Of a DNA stretch of 64,000 nt, positions 15,934 through 24,689 are shown piece after piece. The DNA comes from Candidatus Micrarchaeota archaeon (GTDB lineage Archaea > Micrarchaeota > Micrarchaeia > Micrarchaeales > CABMGC01): contig JAJZOF010000020.1 of the NCBI GenBank assembly GCA_021811535.1, positions 106,894 to 170,893 of the forward strand, in the 5' to 3' direction. The notes beneath the pieces are model-generated. The model made no database searches, was not told where the DNA came from, and saw only the letters and a list, made by a program, of their open reading frames with translations. The position numbers and the translations under genes are program-made. Position 1 is the first letter of the stretch, and each line of letters opens with the position of its first letter.

Positions 15934-17904
15934 ATGGATAATGGAAGTTTGACCACTGAAGTAGTGGATAAGAATATAGTAGTTAATATAAACAACAAGC
16001 GGCCGGAGATGGATGAGAACAGCGCAGAGACGCTTACGAACCCTGTTCTTGCACCTTACCACAGAACGCTTCAGGAGATAGAGAAGATGCCTGTGCTTGA
16101 GAGGACCAAGACAGTATGCCCTGAATGCAAGCTCATCGTAGATGGAACCATATACAAGGACGGCGAGAATGTCATGATAAGGAAGTACTGCCCGGAACAT
16201 AACTGGACAGTGGAGAAGTACTGGGAAGACTATGATATGTACATGAAGATGAAGAATTACAATTATTACGGAAGGGGATTCGATAACCCTAACTACATAA
16301 ACAAGGGTGAGAACTGCCCGTTCGATTGCGGAATATGTGAGAGGCACAAGTCCCATACTGGATTGGCAAACGTAGTCATAACGAACAGATGCCATCTGAG
16401 CTGCTGGTACTGCTTCTTCTATGCAAAAGAAGGCGAAGCCATCTACGAGCCGACAAGGGATGAACTTAACAAGATATTCTATAACTTAAGGAACCAGAAG
16501 CCCATACCGGCAAATGCCCTGCAGATAACAGGAGGGGAGCCTACGATGAGGGAGGATCTGGTAGAGATAGTCAAGAACGCAAAGGAATCAGGATTTGACC
16601 AGATACAGCTTAATACCACTGGCATAAACCTTGGGCTGAACCCGCAGCAGGCCGTAAGGCTGAGGCATGCAGGCGTGAGCACCTTGTACATGTCATTTGA
16701 CGGTGTGAGCAAGAGGGCGAACCCGAAGAACCACTGGGAGACGCCGATGGCGCTTGAGGCTGCAAAGAAGGCAGGGATAGGTGTCGTACTCGTACCTACT
16801 GTAATAAGGACAGTAAACGATCACGAGCTTGGGGACATAGTGAACTTTGCCCTGAACAACATGGATGTCGTAAAGGCGGTTAATTTCCAGCCTGTCTCAC
16901 TTGTAGGCAGGATGCCGACAAGGCTGAGGGAGAAGCAGAGAATATCAATACCAGGCGCGATAAAACTCATAGAGGAGCAGACAGGAGGGGTCGTCGCAAA
17001 GGAGGACTGGTTCTCGGTACCTTACGTAGGCGGCATAAACAAGTTCATAGAGGCGCTCAGCGGAGAGTACAAGTACGATCTCTCGATACACTTCGCATGC
17101 GGGGCAGGAACCTATCTCTTCGTTGACAAAGACAATAAGATAGTACCTGTGGCGCGCTTCCTTGATATAGTGGGCATGATGGAGAGCCTGCAGAACGCGG
17201 TAAACGAGATGGAAGGAAGGTCCAGAATAGAGAAGAGGATAATAGCTCTTAAGACAGTAGTAGGGCTTAAGAGGTTCATAGACAAGGAGAAGCAGCCTAA
17301 GTCACTTAACTTTGGGAAGCTCTTCGCATCCATAATACTGAAGCATGACTTTGCCACGCTGGGTTCGTTCCAGCTGAAGAGCCTCTTCCTGGGCATGATG
17401 CACTTCCAGGACGAGTATACATACGATATCAAGAGGGTAGAGAAGTGCGACATACATTATGCGATGCCTGATGGGAAGGTTCTTCCTTTCTGCACGTTCA
17501 ATGTATTCCCAGAGGTATACAGGGACAAAGTGCAGAAACAGTACAGCATACCTTCAAAGGAGTGGCAGGAGATGCATTCAGACTGGGGCTACACGAAGGA
17601 TAAGTATACCAGAAACATCAAGGAGCTTGAAGCCAGCGACCTGTACAGGAAGACTTATCAGGGAATGGTAAACTACTTCGCGCTTCCTGTAAATGCAGCT
17701 GAGGCTGCAAGAAGGAAGGCGGAGAAGGGAATATCCGCATACGGAGCTCCACAGAAGACATACGCTGTTGCGGAAAAGAGGCAGGAGGAGCACCAGCATC
17801 ACGAAGAAGCTGCTGAAGGGGACAGTTGCGGGTGCGGAGGAAACTGCGGATGCGGATCTGGCGCAGAAAAGGCTGGAGATTCATGCGGGTGCGGAGGCCA
17901 GTAA
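15934..17904 (+). CDS. Radical SAM enzyme resembling tetraether lipid synthase (Tes / GDGT-MAS family) with a Cys-Gly-rich C-terminal tail
   Basis: N-terminal rubredoxin-like CPEC...CPEH, an extra CPFDCGIC, the radical SAM motif NRCHLSCWYC, and the tail HQHHEE...DSCGCGGNCGCGSG...DSCGCGGQ. Confidence 0.65.
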   Translation: MDNGSLTTEVVDKNIVVNINNKRPEMDENSAETLTNPVLAPYHRTLQEIEKMPVLERTKTVCPECKLIVDGTIYKDGENVMIRKYCPEHNWTVEKYWEDYDMYMKMKNYNYYGRGFDNPNYINKGENCPFDCGICERHKSHTGLANVVITNRCHLSCWYCFFYAKEGEAIYEPTRDELNKIFYNLRNQKPIPANALQITGGEPTMREDLVEIVKNAKESGFDQIQLNTTGINLGLNPQQAVRLRHAGVSTLYMSFDGVSKRANPKNHWETPMALEAAKKAGIGVVLVPTVIRTVNDHELGDIVNFALNNMDVVKAVNFQPVSLVGRMPTRLREKQRISIPGAIKLIEEQTGGVVAKEDWFSVPYVGGINKFIEALSGEYKYDLSIHFACGAGTYLFVDKDNKIVPVARFLDIVGMMESLQNAVNEMEGRSRIEKRIIALKTVVGLKRFIDKEKQPKSLNFGKLFASIILKHDFATLGSFQLKSLFLGMMHFQDEYTYDIKRVEKCDIHYAMPDGKVLPFCTFNVFPEVYRDKVQKQYSIPSKEWQEMHSDWGYTKDKYTRNIKELEASDLYRKTYQGMVNYFALPVNAAEAARRKAEKGISAYGAPQKTYAVAEKRQEEHQHHEEAAEGDSCGCGGNCGCGSGAEKAGDSCGCGGQ

Positions 17905-17931
17905 GCCTATGCGCCCATAGGGTGTCTTTTA

Positions 17932-18618
17932 ATGGATAAGAGAGAAGTGCATAAAGCCAGCGGATTCCTCGAAGACCTTAAGAAGGAAGACGGGAAGGAG
18001 TACAACGACAAGATAACAGAGAATGGGAAGGAGTACAGGGTACCTTACAGGATCGTCAAGGAGATCGTATTCAGAGACGTAAGAAAGGAAGATATGGTAG
18101 ATATAGAGCATGCGGCGAGGCTGCAGTACAGGCTCATGCTCATGGATGCAGTACTGCGTGCAAAGGTAGAATTCAACCATGGCATAATAACCATTGTTTA
18201 CAATAATCCCGAGGCAGAGAACAGGAAGGAGAAGGTAAGCAGAGAGGAGCTTATTGACTTCCTGGCAAAGGAGGGCGTGCATGTGGATGCAGGCTCAGCT
18301 CAGGAAAGGGACTTTGACTATTACAAGGAGATGTATTCTTACCAGTTCAACCCTCCGGTTATAAGGGAGAGGCCTCCTTACGGGTATTCGCAGGAGGAAT
18401 GGAAGAGGATGAAGCCGGAATGGGAGGCTAAGAAGGCGGAGTACGAGAAGAAGAAATGGGAGAAATTCAGGGCTTACCAGGATTCTTATCTGGAGAAGCA
18501 TCCTGAGCTAGCTGCGGAGATGGGAGTCGAGGTAAAGCAGAGAAAGAGGTCTTTGTCTGAGAAGATATTTGGGAGGAAGGGCAAGGATGAGAAGGGTTTC
18601 TGGTTCCACGGAGCCTGA
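17932..18618 (+). CDS. Hypothetical protein (HMA/ferredoxin-like core without CxxC, K/E/W-rich tail)
   Basis: 228 aa, starting 27 nt after the Tes-like gene. AKVEFNHGIITIVYNN...REELIDFLAKEGVHV is a beta-alpha-beta-like pattern. Confidence 0.5.
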   Translation: MDKREVHKASGFLEDLKKEDGKEYNDKITENGKEYRVPYRIVKEIVFRDVRKEDMVDIEHAARLQYRLMLMDAVLRAKVEFNHGIITIVYNNPEAENRKEKVSREELIDFLAKEGVHVDAGSAQERDFDYYKEMYSYQFNPPVIRERPPYGYSQEEWKRMKPEWEAKKAEYEKKKWEKFRAYQDSYLEKHPELAAEMGVEVKQRKRSLSEKIFGRKGKDEKGFWFHGA

Positions 18619-18684
18619 AGCGTATTGGCCATCTATTGTGCAGCAATATAATTAAAGGCATATGCGATATAATACCCGATTGGC

Positions 18685-20166
18685 ATGCAGGAGTCTAATG
18701 GCGCTTTGAATATTGCTTCCAGGCGCGGGATTTATTATCAGGCATTCGGAATATACGGTGGTGCCGGCGGATTCTACGATTACGGGCCTGCAGGGTTGAG
18801 GATAAAGCGCAAGATAGAGGGGTTATGGAGAAGGTCTTTCGTTGACCGTCTTGGCGCTATGGAGATAGAGACTACTACAATAACCATATTGCCCGTCCTT
18901 AAGGCAAGCGGGCATGTAGACACATTTACAGATCCTGTAGCAGTATGCACCAAGTGCAAATCTTCTTATAGGGTGGACAAGCTGCTTGAGGAAGCATATT
19001 CCGCTTCCGGGAACGAGGAAGGATATGAGAGCGTGAAGAAGATGAAGGCCCAGCAGATGGGCGAGAAGGTGAAGGAGCTCGGGCTTAAATGCACAAAGTG
19101 CGGAGGCACGCTCGGAGGGATAGAGGCCTTCAACCTTATGTTCAAGACAGAGATAGGGCATGGAAGCGGTGAGGTTGGTTATCTCCGGCCGGAGACTGCG
19201 CAGGGCATATTCGTTGATTTCAAGGATCTTTACAGGATACATGGGTTTAAGCTTCCATACGCGATATCCCAGGCTGGAAGGGCATACAGGAATGAGATAT
19301 CCCCAAGGCAGCAGCTTGTAAGAATGAGGGAATTCACACAGATGGAGACAGAACTTTTCTTCAACCCTAGGAAGGAACAGAGTGAACTCGGAGGCGTGAG
19401 GATAGGCGATATAAAGGATAGGGAGCTGCTCTTCGCTTCTGCAGGGGAGAAGGAGAGGATGGTTAAGATAGGCGAGCTGCTTGAGAAGAAACTGATACCT
19501 AACTTTTACTTCGCTGTGATGCTGGATATAGAGAATGGAATGCTGCAGAAGATGGGCTTCCCTGAAGGAAGGTTCAGGTTCAGGCAGCTTGAGCCTGAGG
19601 AACTCCCGCACTACTCAAAAGGCAATGTCGACCTTGAGGTAAATACATCCTATGGATACATAGAGGTTGCCGGAAATGCTTACAGGACGGATTATGACAT
19701 AGCCTCGCATGCGAGGAATTCGAATACTGAGATATGCGTCAATGAGGACGGCGAGAAGGTAGTGCCGCATGTTGTTGAGGCAAGTATGGGACTTGACAGG
19801 CTCCTCTTCTCTATCCTGGACTGCTCTGTCACATCCGAAGGAAGGGAGTGGGAGTGGCTAAGGCTCGGGAAGGAGATCGCACCTTATACTTATGCCGTCT
19901 TCCCGCTGCAGAAGGATGAGAAGATAGTGGCATTCGCAAAGAAGGTCCTTGGCGAGCTGGTGGGTGCGGGAATGGATACATATTACTCAGAGACAGGCAG
20001 CATAGGGAAGAGATATGCGAGGGCTGACGAGATCGGGGTTGCGTATTGCATAACAGTGGATTTCCAGAGTCTTGAGGACGGAAGCTTTACGATAAGGGAC
20101 AGGGATAGCGCAGAGCAGGAGAGGAAGAAGCTTGGTGATGTTGTTGATAAGGGCGCGAGAGCTTGA
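18685..20166 (+). CDS. glyS: Glycyl-tRNA synthetase (archaeal/eukaryal-type class II)
   Basis: Motifs RRGIYYQAFGIYGGAGGFYDYGPAG, LRPETAQG and FRNEISPR. Confidence 0.9.
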   Translation: MQESNGALNIASRRGIYYQAFGIYGGAGGFYDYGPAGLRIKRKIEGLWRRSFVDRLGAMEIETTTITILPVLKASGHVDTFTDPVAVCTKCKSSYRVDKLLEEAYSASGNEEGYESVKKMKAQQMGEKVKELGLKCTKCGGTLGGIEAFNLMFKTEIGHGSGEVGYLRPETAQGIFVDFKDLYRIHGFKLPYAISQAGRAYRNEISPRQQLVRMREFTQMETELFFNPRKEQSELGGVRIGDIKDRELLFASAGEKERMVKIGELLEKKLIPNFYFAVMLDIENGMLQKMGFPEGRFRFRQLEPEELPHYSKGNVDLEVNTSYGYIEVAGNAYRTDYDIASHARNSNTEICVNEDGEKVVPHVVEASMGLDRLLFSILDCSVTSEGREWEWLRLGKEIAPYTYAVFPLQKDEKIVAFAKKVLGELVGAGMDTYYSETGSIGKRYARADEIGVAYCITVDFQSLEDGSFTIRDRDSAEQERKKLGDVVDKGARA

Positions 20167-21019
20167 CATAAAGCTTAGTGCAGAAAGCGGACAGCCGCTC
20201 ACTTTTTTCGGTGAATTCGGAAGGGATGGAAGCAGGGATACGCTTTCTTATCCTGTAGAGGATGGGTATATCAGGATTTATGCGGAGAGTGCGCCAGACA
20301 CCAAGATAGAGTATGATTTCTGGGGAAGCATAAGTTCAAAGGAGGCAAGGAAGGATATATATGACAGATTCTCCCTGGGGCTGGACATGAAAAGCGTATA
20401 CGCTTCGATAAACACCGACGAGTTTATGGATAATGCCATAAAGGCTCTGCGCGGAATGAGGATAACCAGGAACCAGCCATGGGAAACCGCGCTTTGCTTT
20501 ACCGTATCCCAGTTCAACAACATAAAGAGGATACGTGGGATAATATCCAGGCTCTCGGAGAGGTTCGGAGAGCTGAGAGATGTGGAAGGGAGAAGGATGT
20601 ATGGCGTTCCTTCTCCAGATGTGCTTTCTGATGTCCCGTTGCGTGAGCTTAGGCGTTGTGGCACTGGTTTTAGGGACAGGTATATAAGAAGCGTGGCAAG
20701 AGCCTTTGCACTTAACGACTCCTTCCCTGAACTTTACAGGATGCCCTATGACGAGGCCAAGAGCAGTCTCTGTGCAATAGACGGAATAGGCGACAAGGTC
20801 GCCGACTGCATACTTCTATTCGGCTATGGTAGGGTCGAGGCTTTTCCCATAGACCTCTGGGTTAAGAGGGTGGTTGAGAGGATTTACTTTGGAGGAAGGA
20901 AGCAGCGGATACGCATGATACACAGTTTTGCAGAGGATAGATGGGGAGCGGTACGCGGATACGCGCAGCAGTATGTATTCTGGCATGGAAGGAAGATGGG
21001 GATTGGTAAGCTTGATTGA
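20132..21019 (+). CDS. ogg: 8-oxoguanine DNA glycosylase / AP lyase (Ogg, HhH-GPD)
   Basis: IDGIGDKVADCILLFGYGRVEAFPIDLWVKR matches the OGG1-type HhH-GPD motif. Confidence 0.8.
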   Translation: MVMLLIRARELDIKLSAESGQPLTFFGEFGRDGSRDTLSYPVEDGYIRIYAESAPDTKIEYDFWGSISSKEARKDIYDRFSLGLDMKSVYASINTDEFMDNAIKALRGMRITRNQPWETALCFTVSQFNNIKRIRGIISRLSERFGELRDVEGRRMYGVPSPDVLSDVPLRELRRCGTGFRDRYIRSVARAFALNDSFPELYRMPYDEAKSSLCAIDGIGDKVADCILLFGYGRVEAFPIDLWVKRVVERIYFGGRKQRIRMIHSFAEDRWGAVRGYAQQYVFWHGRKMGIGKLD

Positions 21020-21584
21020 GGAGATAGGGAGGATAGAGAAGGATATACTAGGTCTTGAAGAGAGGCGCGACGCGGTTATGGCCCTCTCTCGCATGATAAT
21101 ACGGTCAGCGGGAAAGATGATTACCGCGGTTCATGCAGGAAATAATGCTGCGTGTTTAAAGGAAGCATCATTCCTTGGAGAGGCGATAAAGAGGATGCGG
21201 AAGATGGAGAAGGGTCTCGAATTTTATTCGTTACAGGCGCATCAGGAGTATGTTGAAGCATTTTCTTTTATGATCATGGTAAGGGAGATGAGGATACCAA
21301 GGATGGCTGAACTTGGCGAGGGGAGCGTCTCGTACCTGCTAGGGCTTATGGATACTGTAGGCGAGCTCAAGAGAGAGATATTCGACAGGTTGAGGAATGG
21401 GGATAGGGATAGCGCATTAGTCTATTTCGGCATTATGGAAGAGATATACGACTCCTCGCTTCCGCTCCGGTTCCCGAATTCCATAATGCCTGATTTCAGG
21501 AAGAAGCAGGATGTAGCAAGGATACAGATAGAGGGGCTTATGCCAGAAATCCTTGCGGCTGAGAAAGAGAAGAGGAAGCGATGA
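20985..21584 (+). CDS. Translin-family protein
   Basis: SYLLGLMDTVGELKREIFDRLRNGD is typical of translin. Start uncertain (ATG 20985, or TTG 21003/21012). Confidence 0.6.
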   Translation: MEGRWGLVSLIEEIGRIEKDILGLEERRDAVMALSRMIIRSAGKMITAVHAGNNAACLKEASFLGEAIKRMRKMEKGLEFYSLQAHQEYVEAFSFMIMVREMRIPRMAELGEGSVSYLLGLMDTVGELKREIFDRLRNGDRDSALVYFGIMEEIYDSSLPLRFPNSIMPDFRKKQDVARIQIEGLMPEILAAEKEKRKR

Positions 21585-21677
21585 CCTGGGTTTTTAACCG
21601 TTCCTTCCGAATGCCGATAATAAAATATATTTAAATAGCTTTCTATTCATAAAGCTTATAGATGTTTGGTGAAGGGT

Positions 21678-22154
21678 ATGAAATTTAGACTACAGAGCGC
21701 TATGGAATATCTGATGACGTACGGATGGGCAATACTTATTATTGCAGTAGTGCTTGGTGCATTGTTTGCATTGGGCGTTTTCGGAGGCAACACTCTGGGA
21801 ACAACGTGCGTCGCGCAGTCAGGTTACCTATGCCAGAATCCTATTTACTCACACGCAACAGGTAATTTTGTCGTAACAGTAGGGCAGAGCACTGGAACAA
21901 ACTGGGATAATGTGGCTTTCGGCTTCCAGCCGCAGAGCGTGCCTGTCCCAAGCAATGGAGTCCCAAGCTTCCCTGATGGCCTTACGGCAAACATAGCGGT
22001 TCTTGGAACCGGACAGACGCAGAGCGAGAATGTGCCTGTAAGCGGAGTAGTCGCTCCTGGAACGACCCAGTCAGGTACACTTTGGGCAGAGTACCAGATA
22101 AATGGCAACACTTACTACGCGCAGATTGCGACTGTAACTATGAAGGCCGTATAA
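21678..22154 (+). CDS. Class III signal peptide (pilin-like) protein
   Basis: MKFRLQSAMEYLMTYGWAILIIAVVLGALF. GGTGA lies 8 nt upstream of ATG 21678. The N-terminal coding segment is near-identical to 15396-15445. Confidence 0.75.
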   Translation: MKFRLQSAMEYLMTYGWAILIIAVVLGALFALGVFGGNTLGTTCVAQSGYLCQNPIYSHATGNFVVTVGQSTGTNWDNVAFGFQPQSVPVPSNGVPSFPDGLTANIAVLGTGQTQSENVPVSGVVAPGTTQSGTLWAEYQINGNTYYAQIATVTMKAV

Positions 22155-22180
22155 AGGCCTAGGTACTTACATTATGCACG

Positions 22181-22216
22181 AGGAGAAACTAGGGTTTCTC
22201 CTCCTTTTATTTTTTA
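22181..22216 (+). terminator. Hairpin plus T-tract terminator after the pilin-like gene
   Basis: AGGAGAAAC-tagg-GTTTCTCCT is a perfect 9-bp stem (22181-22202) followed by ccttttatttttt. Confidence 0.5.
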
Positions 22217-23130
22217 CTTTTTGAGAGCTCTTCCTTTATCCGCAGTACTTCCATGAGTTCATTGGGGCTGAGCAGCGGCTTCCTGATCCTCTCATTATCA
22301 TCAGTGGCTATCCTAGGACATGCGGTGTTCACAAAGGCATCGAATTCAAGCATGTTGTTTATAGAGTCAAAGTCTATCGTATTGGATATCAATATGGCTG
22401 CTGAGATTCCACATGATTCTATCTTAGACTTAAGGATCTTTGCGAGGCTCATGTTATGCTGCCCATTCTTCGTGCTTACCAATATCCCTATGTTTTTCGC
22501 GTCTATTGATGAGAGTATCCTGCCTCTGCTCCTCTTCTGTGCTGCTATGCGATATTCTTGCATATCAAGTATCTTGTTGTTAAACGGGTCTACAGCTATC
22601 AGCGGCTTTGTTGTATGGTAGGCGGCACCCAGCGGGTGAAATATTCCCCCTCCCACGTAGACTATTGCGTCTGCCGCCTTGTCTATGCTTGCAGCCGCAC
22701 CTACATCGCAACCGAGAACCTGGCCTGGCTTCTTCGCAAATCCGTAAGGTTTTCCTATAATCACGTATTTTCCATGCGATGAATAGAATGCCTTCATCTC
22801 CTCCAGCTGGTGGATGTGCTGTATTGTTGTTATAAGCCCTATCTTCGTGTACCCTTCAAGATATCTTAGGGAATCATCCAGTATCCCGAGCGGCGCATCG
22901 ATACGATAATCGACGTATTCGACATTGAAGTCCACGTGCGAGAATTCTGCATGCCCGAAGTGTATGAGTTTCTCCGCTTTTATATTCTTCGCCTCGTCTA
23001 TCGCAAGGTCGCATGCGCCATATGTCGGCGAAGAGGAGATGAATACCTCGTGACCCTCGCCCTCGAGTTTTTTTGCGTGCTCCAATGCCTTCTGCTTCAG
23101 CCCTTCAGGGAATTGTATCAGTATTCGCAT
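22207..23130 (-). CDS. dph2: Diphthamide synthesis protein Dph2 (2-(3-amino-3-carboxypropyl)histidine synthase)
   Basis: From Met27: MRILIQFPEGLK...SSSPTYGACD...HFGHA. Confidence 0.85.
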   Translation of the reverse strand: MRILIQFPEGLKQKALEHAKKLEGEGHEVFISSSPTYGACDLAIDEAKNIKAEKLIHFGHAEFSHVDFNVEYVDYRIDAPLGILDDSLRYLEGYTKIGLITTIQHIHQLEEMKAFYSSHGKYVIIGKPYGFAKKPGQVLGCDVGAAASIDKAADAIVYVGGGIFHPLGAAYHTTKPLIAVDPFNNKILDMQEYRIAAQKRSRGRILSSIDAKNIGILVSTKNGQHNMSLAKILKSKIESCGISAAILISNTIDFDSINNMLEFDAFVNTACPRIATDDNERIRKPLLSPNELMEVLRIKEELSKSKK

Positions 23131-23216
23131 TTTACCAGTAGGATGAGCCCAATAATTCCCATTGGAAAGAACAGATATATATTGCTTCCCAAAGAAGAAA
23201 TAATGCAATTGATTAT

Positions 23217-23750
23217 ATGAGGCAGGACGTAATATTAGTTGATGAAAAGGACAAGCAGATAGGCACCGCTGAGAAGCTGGCTGCGCACCGGAACGGGGGC
23301 AGGCTTCACAGGGCCATATCCGTATTTGTCTTCAATAGCAAAGGCGAGACGCTGCTGCAGCAGAGGTCCGATAAGAAGTACCATTCTGAAGGGCTCTGGG
23401 CCAACACATGCTGCAGCCATCCATTCGTTGGGGAGGATGCGCTTACCGCAGGCCACAGGCGGCTAAAGGAGGAGATGGGCTTTGATTGCGATATGCATGA
23501 GGCATTCCAGTTCAAGTATGAGGCAGACGTAAGCAATGGGCTTACGGAGAAGGAGTATGACCATATACTCTTTGGCAGCTATGATGGCGTGCCAGAGCCT
23601 GATCCGGATGAGGTAAAGGGATGGAAATGGGTAAAGATAAGCGATCTTGAGCGTGACATAAAAGCCCATCCGGAAGAATATGCGGCGTGGCTGAGGCTTA
23701 TTATGGAAGACCTGAAGAAAGCCTTATCTGCTGAGCAGAAGAGACGCTGA
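23217..23750 (+). CDS. idi: Isopentenyl-diphosphate delta-isomerase, type 1 (Nudix)
   Basis: Motifs HRAISVFVFN, LLQQRS..K and WANTCCSHP. Confidence 0.85.
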   Translation: MRQDVILVDEKDKQIGTAEKLAAHRNGGRLHRAISVFVFNSKGETLLQQRSDKKYHSEGLWANTCCSHPFVGEDALTAGHRRLKEEMGFDCDMHEAFQFKYEADVSNGLTEKEYDHILFGSYDGVPEPDPDEVKGWKWVKISDLERDIKAHPEEYAAWLRLIMEDLKKALSAEQKRR

Positions 23751-23754
23751 GAGC

Positions 23755-24282
23755 TTATCTTGCTATGGGCTTCGTGTTTATAGAGTATACTCCTGATAGC
23801 TTCGCTGCTGCACGCTTAAGCGCGTGTCGTGCTATCTCCTTGCTTGCACCCATTGTCCTGAGTTCGAATACTGGCTGGCCCTCATTTAGTATTGCCGCGA
23901 CCGATGACGGGCTCCCGAAAGATAGGGACATTCCCTGTGATATTCGGTCTGCTCCTGCTCCTGTTGCCCTCTTCTTCTCCCTTATAACGTTGTGCGGATA
24001 TGTGAGCACCTTTAGCTTATAGTTATTCGGTATCTCCCTTTCCAGGTACTTGTTTGCAACCTGCCTTGCAGCTTCCAGCGCGTTGGAGCGCACCCTTATC
24101 TTCTGCTTTGAGTTAAGCGTCATGCAGAGGTCGTATGAGGGCTTCTCCACGCCCATGTTGAATACAAGCAGGCTCGTGTGCGGAAGGGACTTTACGTAGT
24201 TTTTCCTGGGTTTTTTTATGGAAAACCTGCTCCATGCCTGGCTGTTTATCGTCCTTACGGATCTTCCCGGTCTTAACTTCAT
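23755..24282 (-). CDS. rpl10e: 50S ribosomal protein L10e (uL16)
   Basis: From Met23: MKLRPGR...ALEAARQVANKYL...RATGAGADR. Confidence 0.85.
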   Translation of the reverse strand: MKLRPGRSVRTINSQAWSRFSIKKPRKNYVKSLPHTSLLVFNMGVEKPSYDLCMTLNSKQKIRVRSNALEAARQVANKYLEREIPNNYKLKVLTYPHNVIREKKRATGAGADRISQGMSLSFGSPSSVAAILNEGQPVFELRTMGASKEIARHALKRAAAKLSGVYSINTKPIAR

Positions 24283-24360
24283 TAGAATCACTATAAATGA
24301 TATTTGTTCTGGGTCTTTATAAAAGTTGCTTTTTCTCAAAATAAACAAAAACTAAAACAC

Positions 24361-24462
24361 TTATTCGTCGTCTCCTTCGTCGTCGAATTCCTCTTCGTCG
24401 AAGTCTTCGTCTTCTTCTTCGTCATCCAGATCTTCGTCTTCTTCTTCGTCTTTCTTCGCCAT
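24361..24462 (-). CDS. 33-aa poly-acidic micro-protein (MAKKDEEEDEDLDDEEEDEDFDEEEFDDEGDDE)
   Basis: ATG at 24462 is preceded by AGGTGA (24468-24473, 5-nt spacer) and TTTAAATA (24502-24509). TAA stop at 24361-24363. Too short for the ORF track. Confidence 0.45.
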   Translation of the reverse strand: MAKKDEEEDEDLDDEEEDEDFDEEEFDDEGDDE

Positions 24463-24584
24463 TGGATTCACCTGACAGTAGCAAACAGTAGATAAGTAAG
24501 CTATTTAAACCTGTCCCCGTCATGTTTGGAGAGGTATATAATCTTATACATTAATAATTTCTCTTGTATAATTACTTAACCTGC

Positions 24585-24656
24585 GGGCTTGTGGCGCAAC
24601 GGTAGCGCGTCCGCTTTGCATGCGGAAGGTTTCGGGTTCGAATCCCGACAAGTCCA
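24585..24656 (+). tRNA. tRNA-Ala (UGC)
   Basis: Cloverleaf folded by hand. Acceptor GGGCTTG/CAAGTCC includes G3:U70, the anticodon loop is TTTGCAT, the T-loop is TTCGAAT and the discriminator is A. CCA is not encoded. Confidence 0.9.
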
Positions 24657-24689
24657 TTAATTATTATGCTTGTCTCCACTTCTTTTTCC

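Noticed and set aside
17827-17897. A GC-rich direct repeat, tgcgggtgcggagg, occurring twice.
   Set aside because: It is in frame and encodes the repeated SCGCGG peptide of the radical-SAM tail. It is a coding repeat, not a regulatory or mobile-element repeat.
24304-24495. A 63-aa F/V-rich plus-strand ORF, and the apparent ttc/gtc tandem periodicity at 24361-24462.
   Set aside because: This is the antisense image of the GAA/GAC (Glu/Asp) codon run of the acidic micro-ORF. It has no spacer-repeat structure, so it is neither a CRISPR array nor a noncoding microsatellite.
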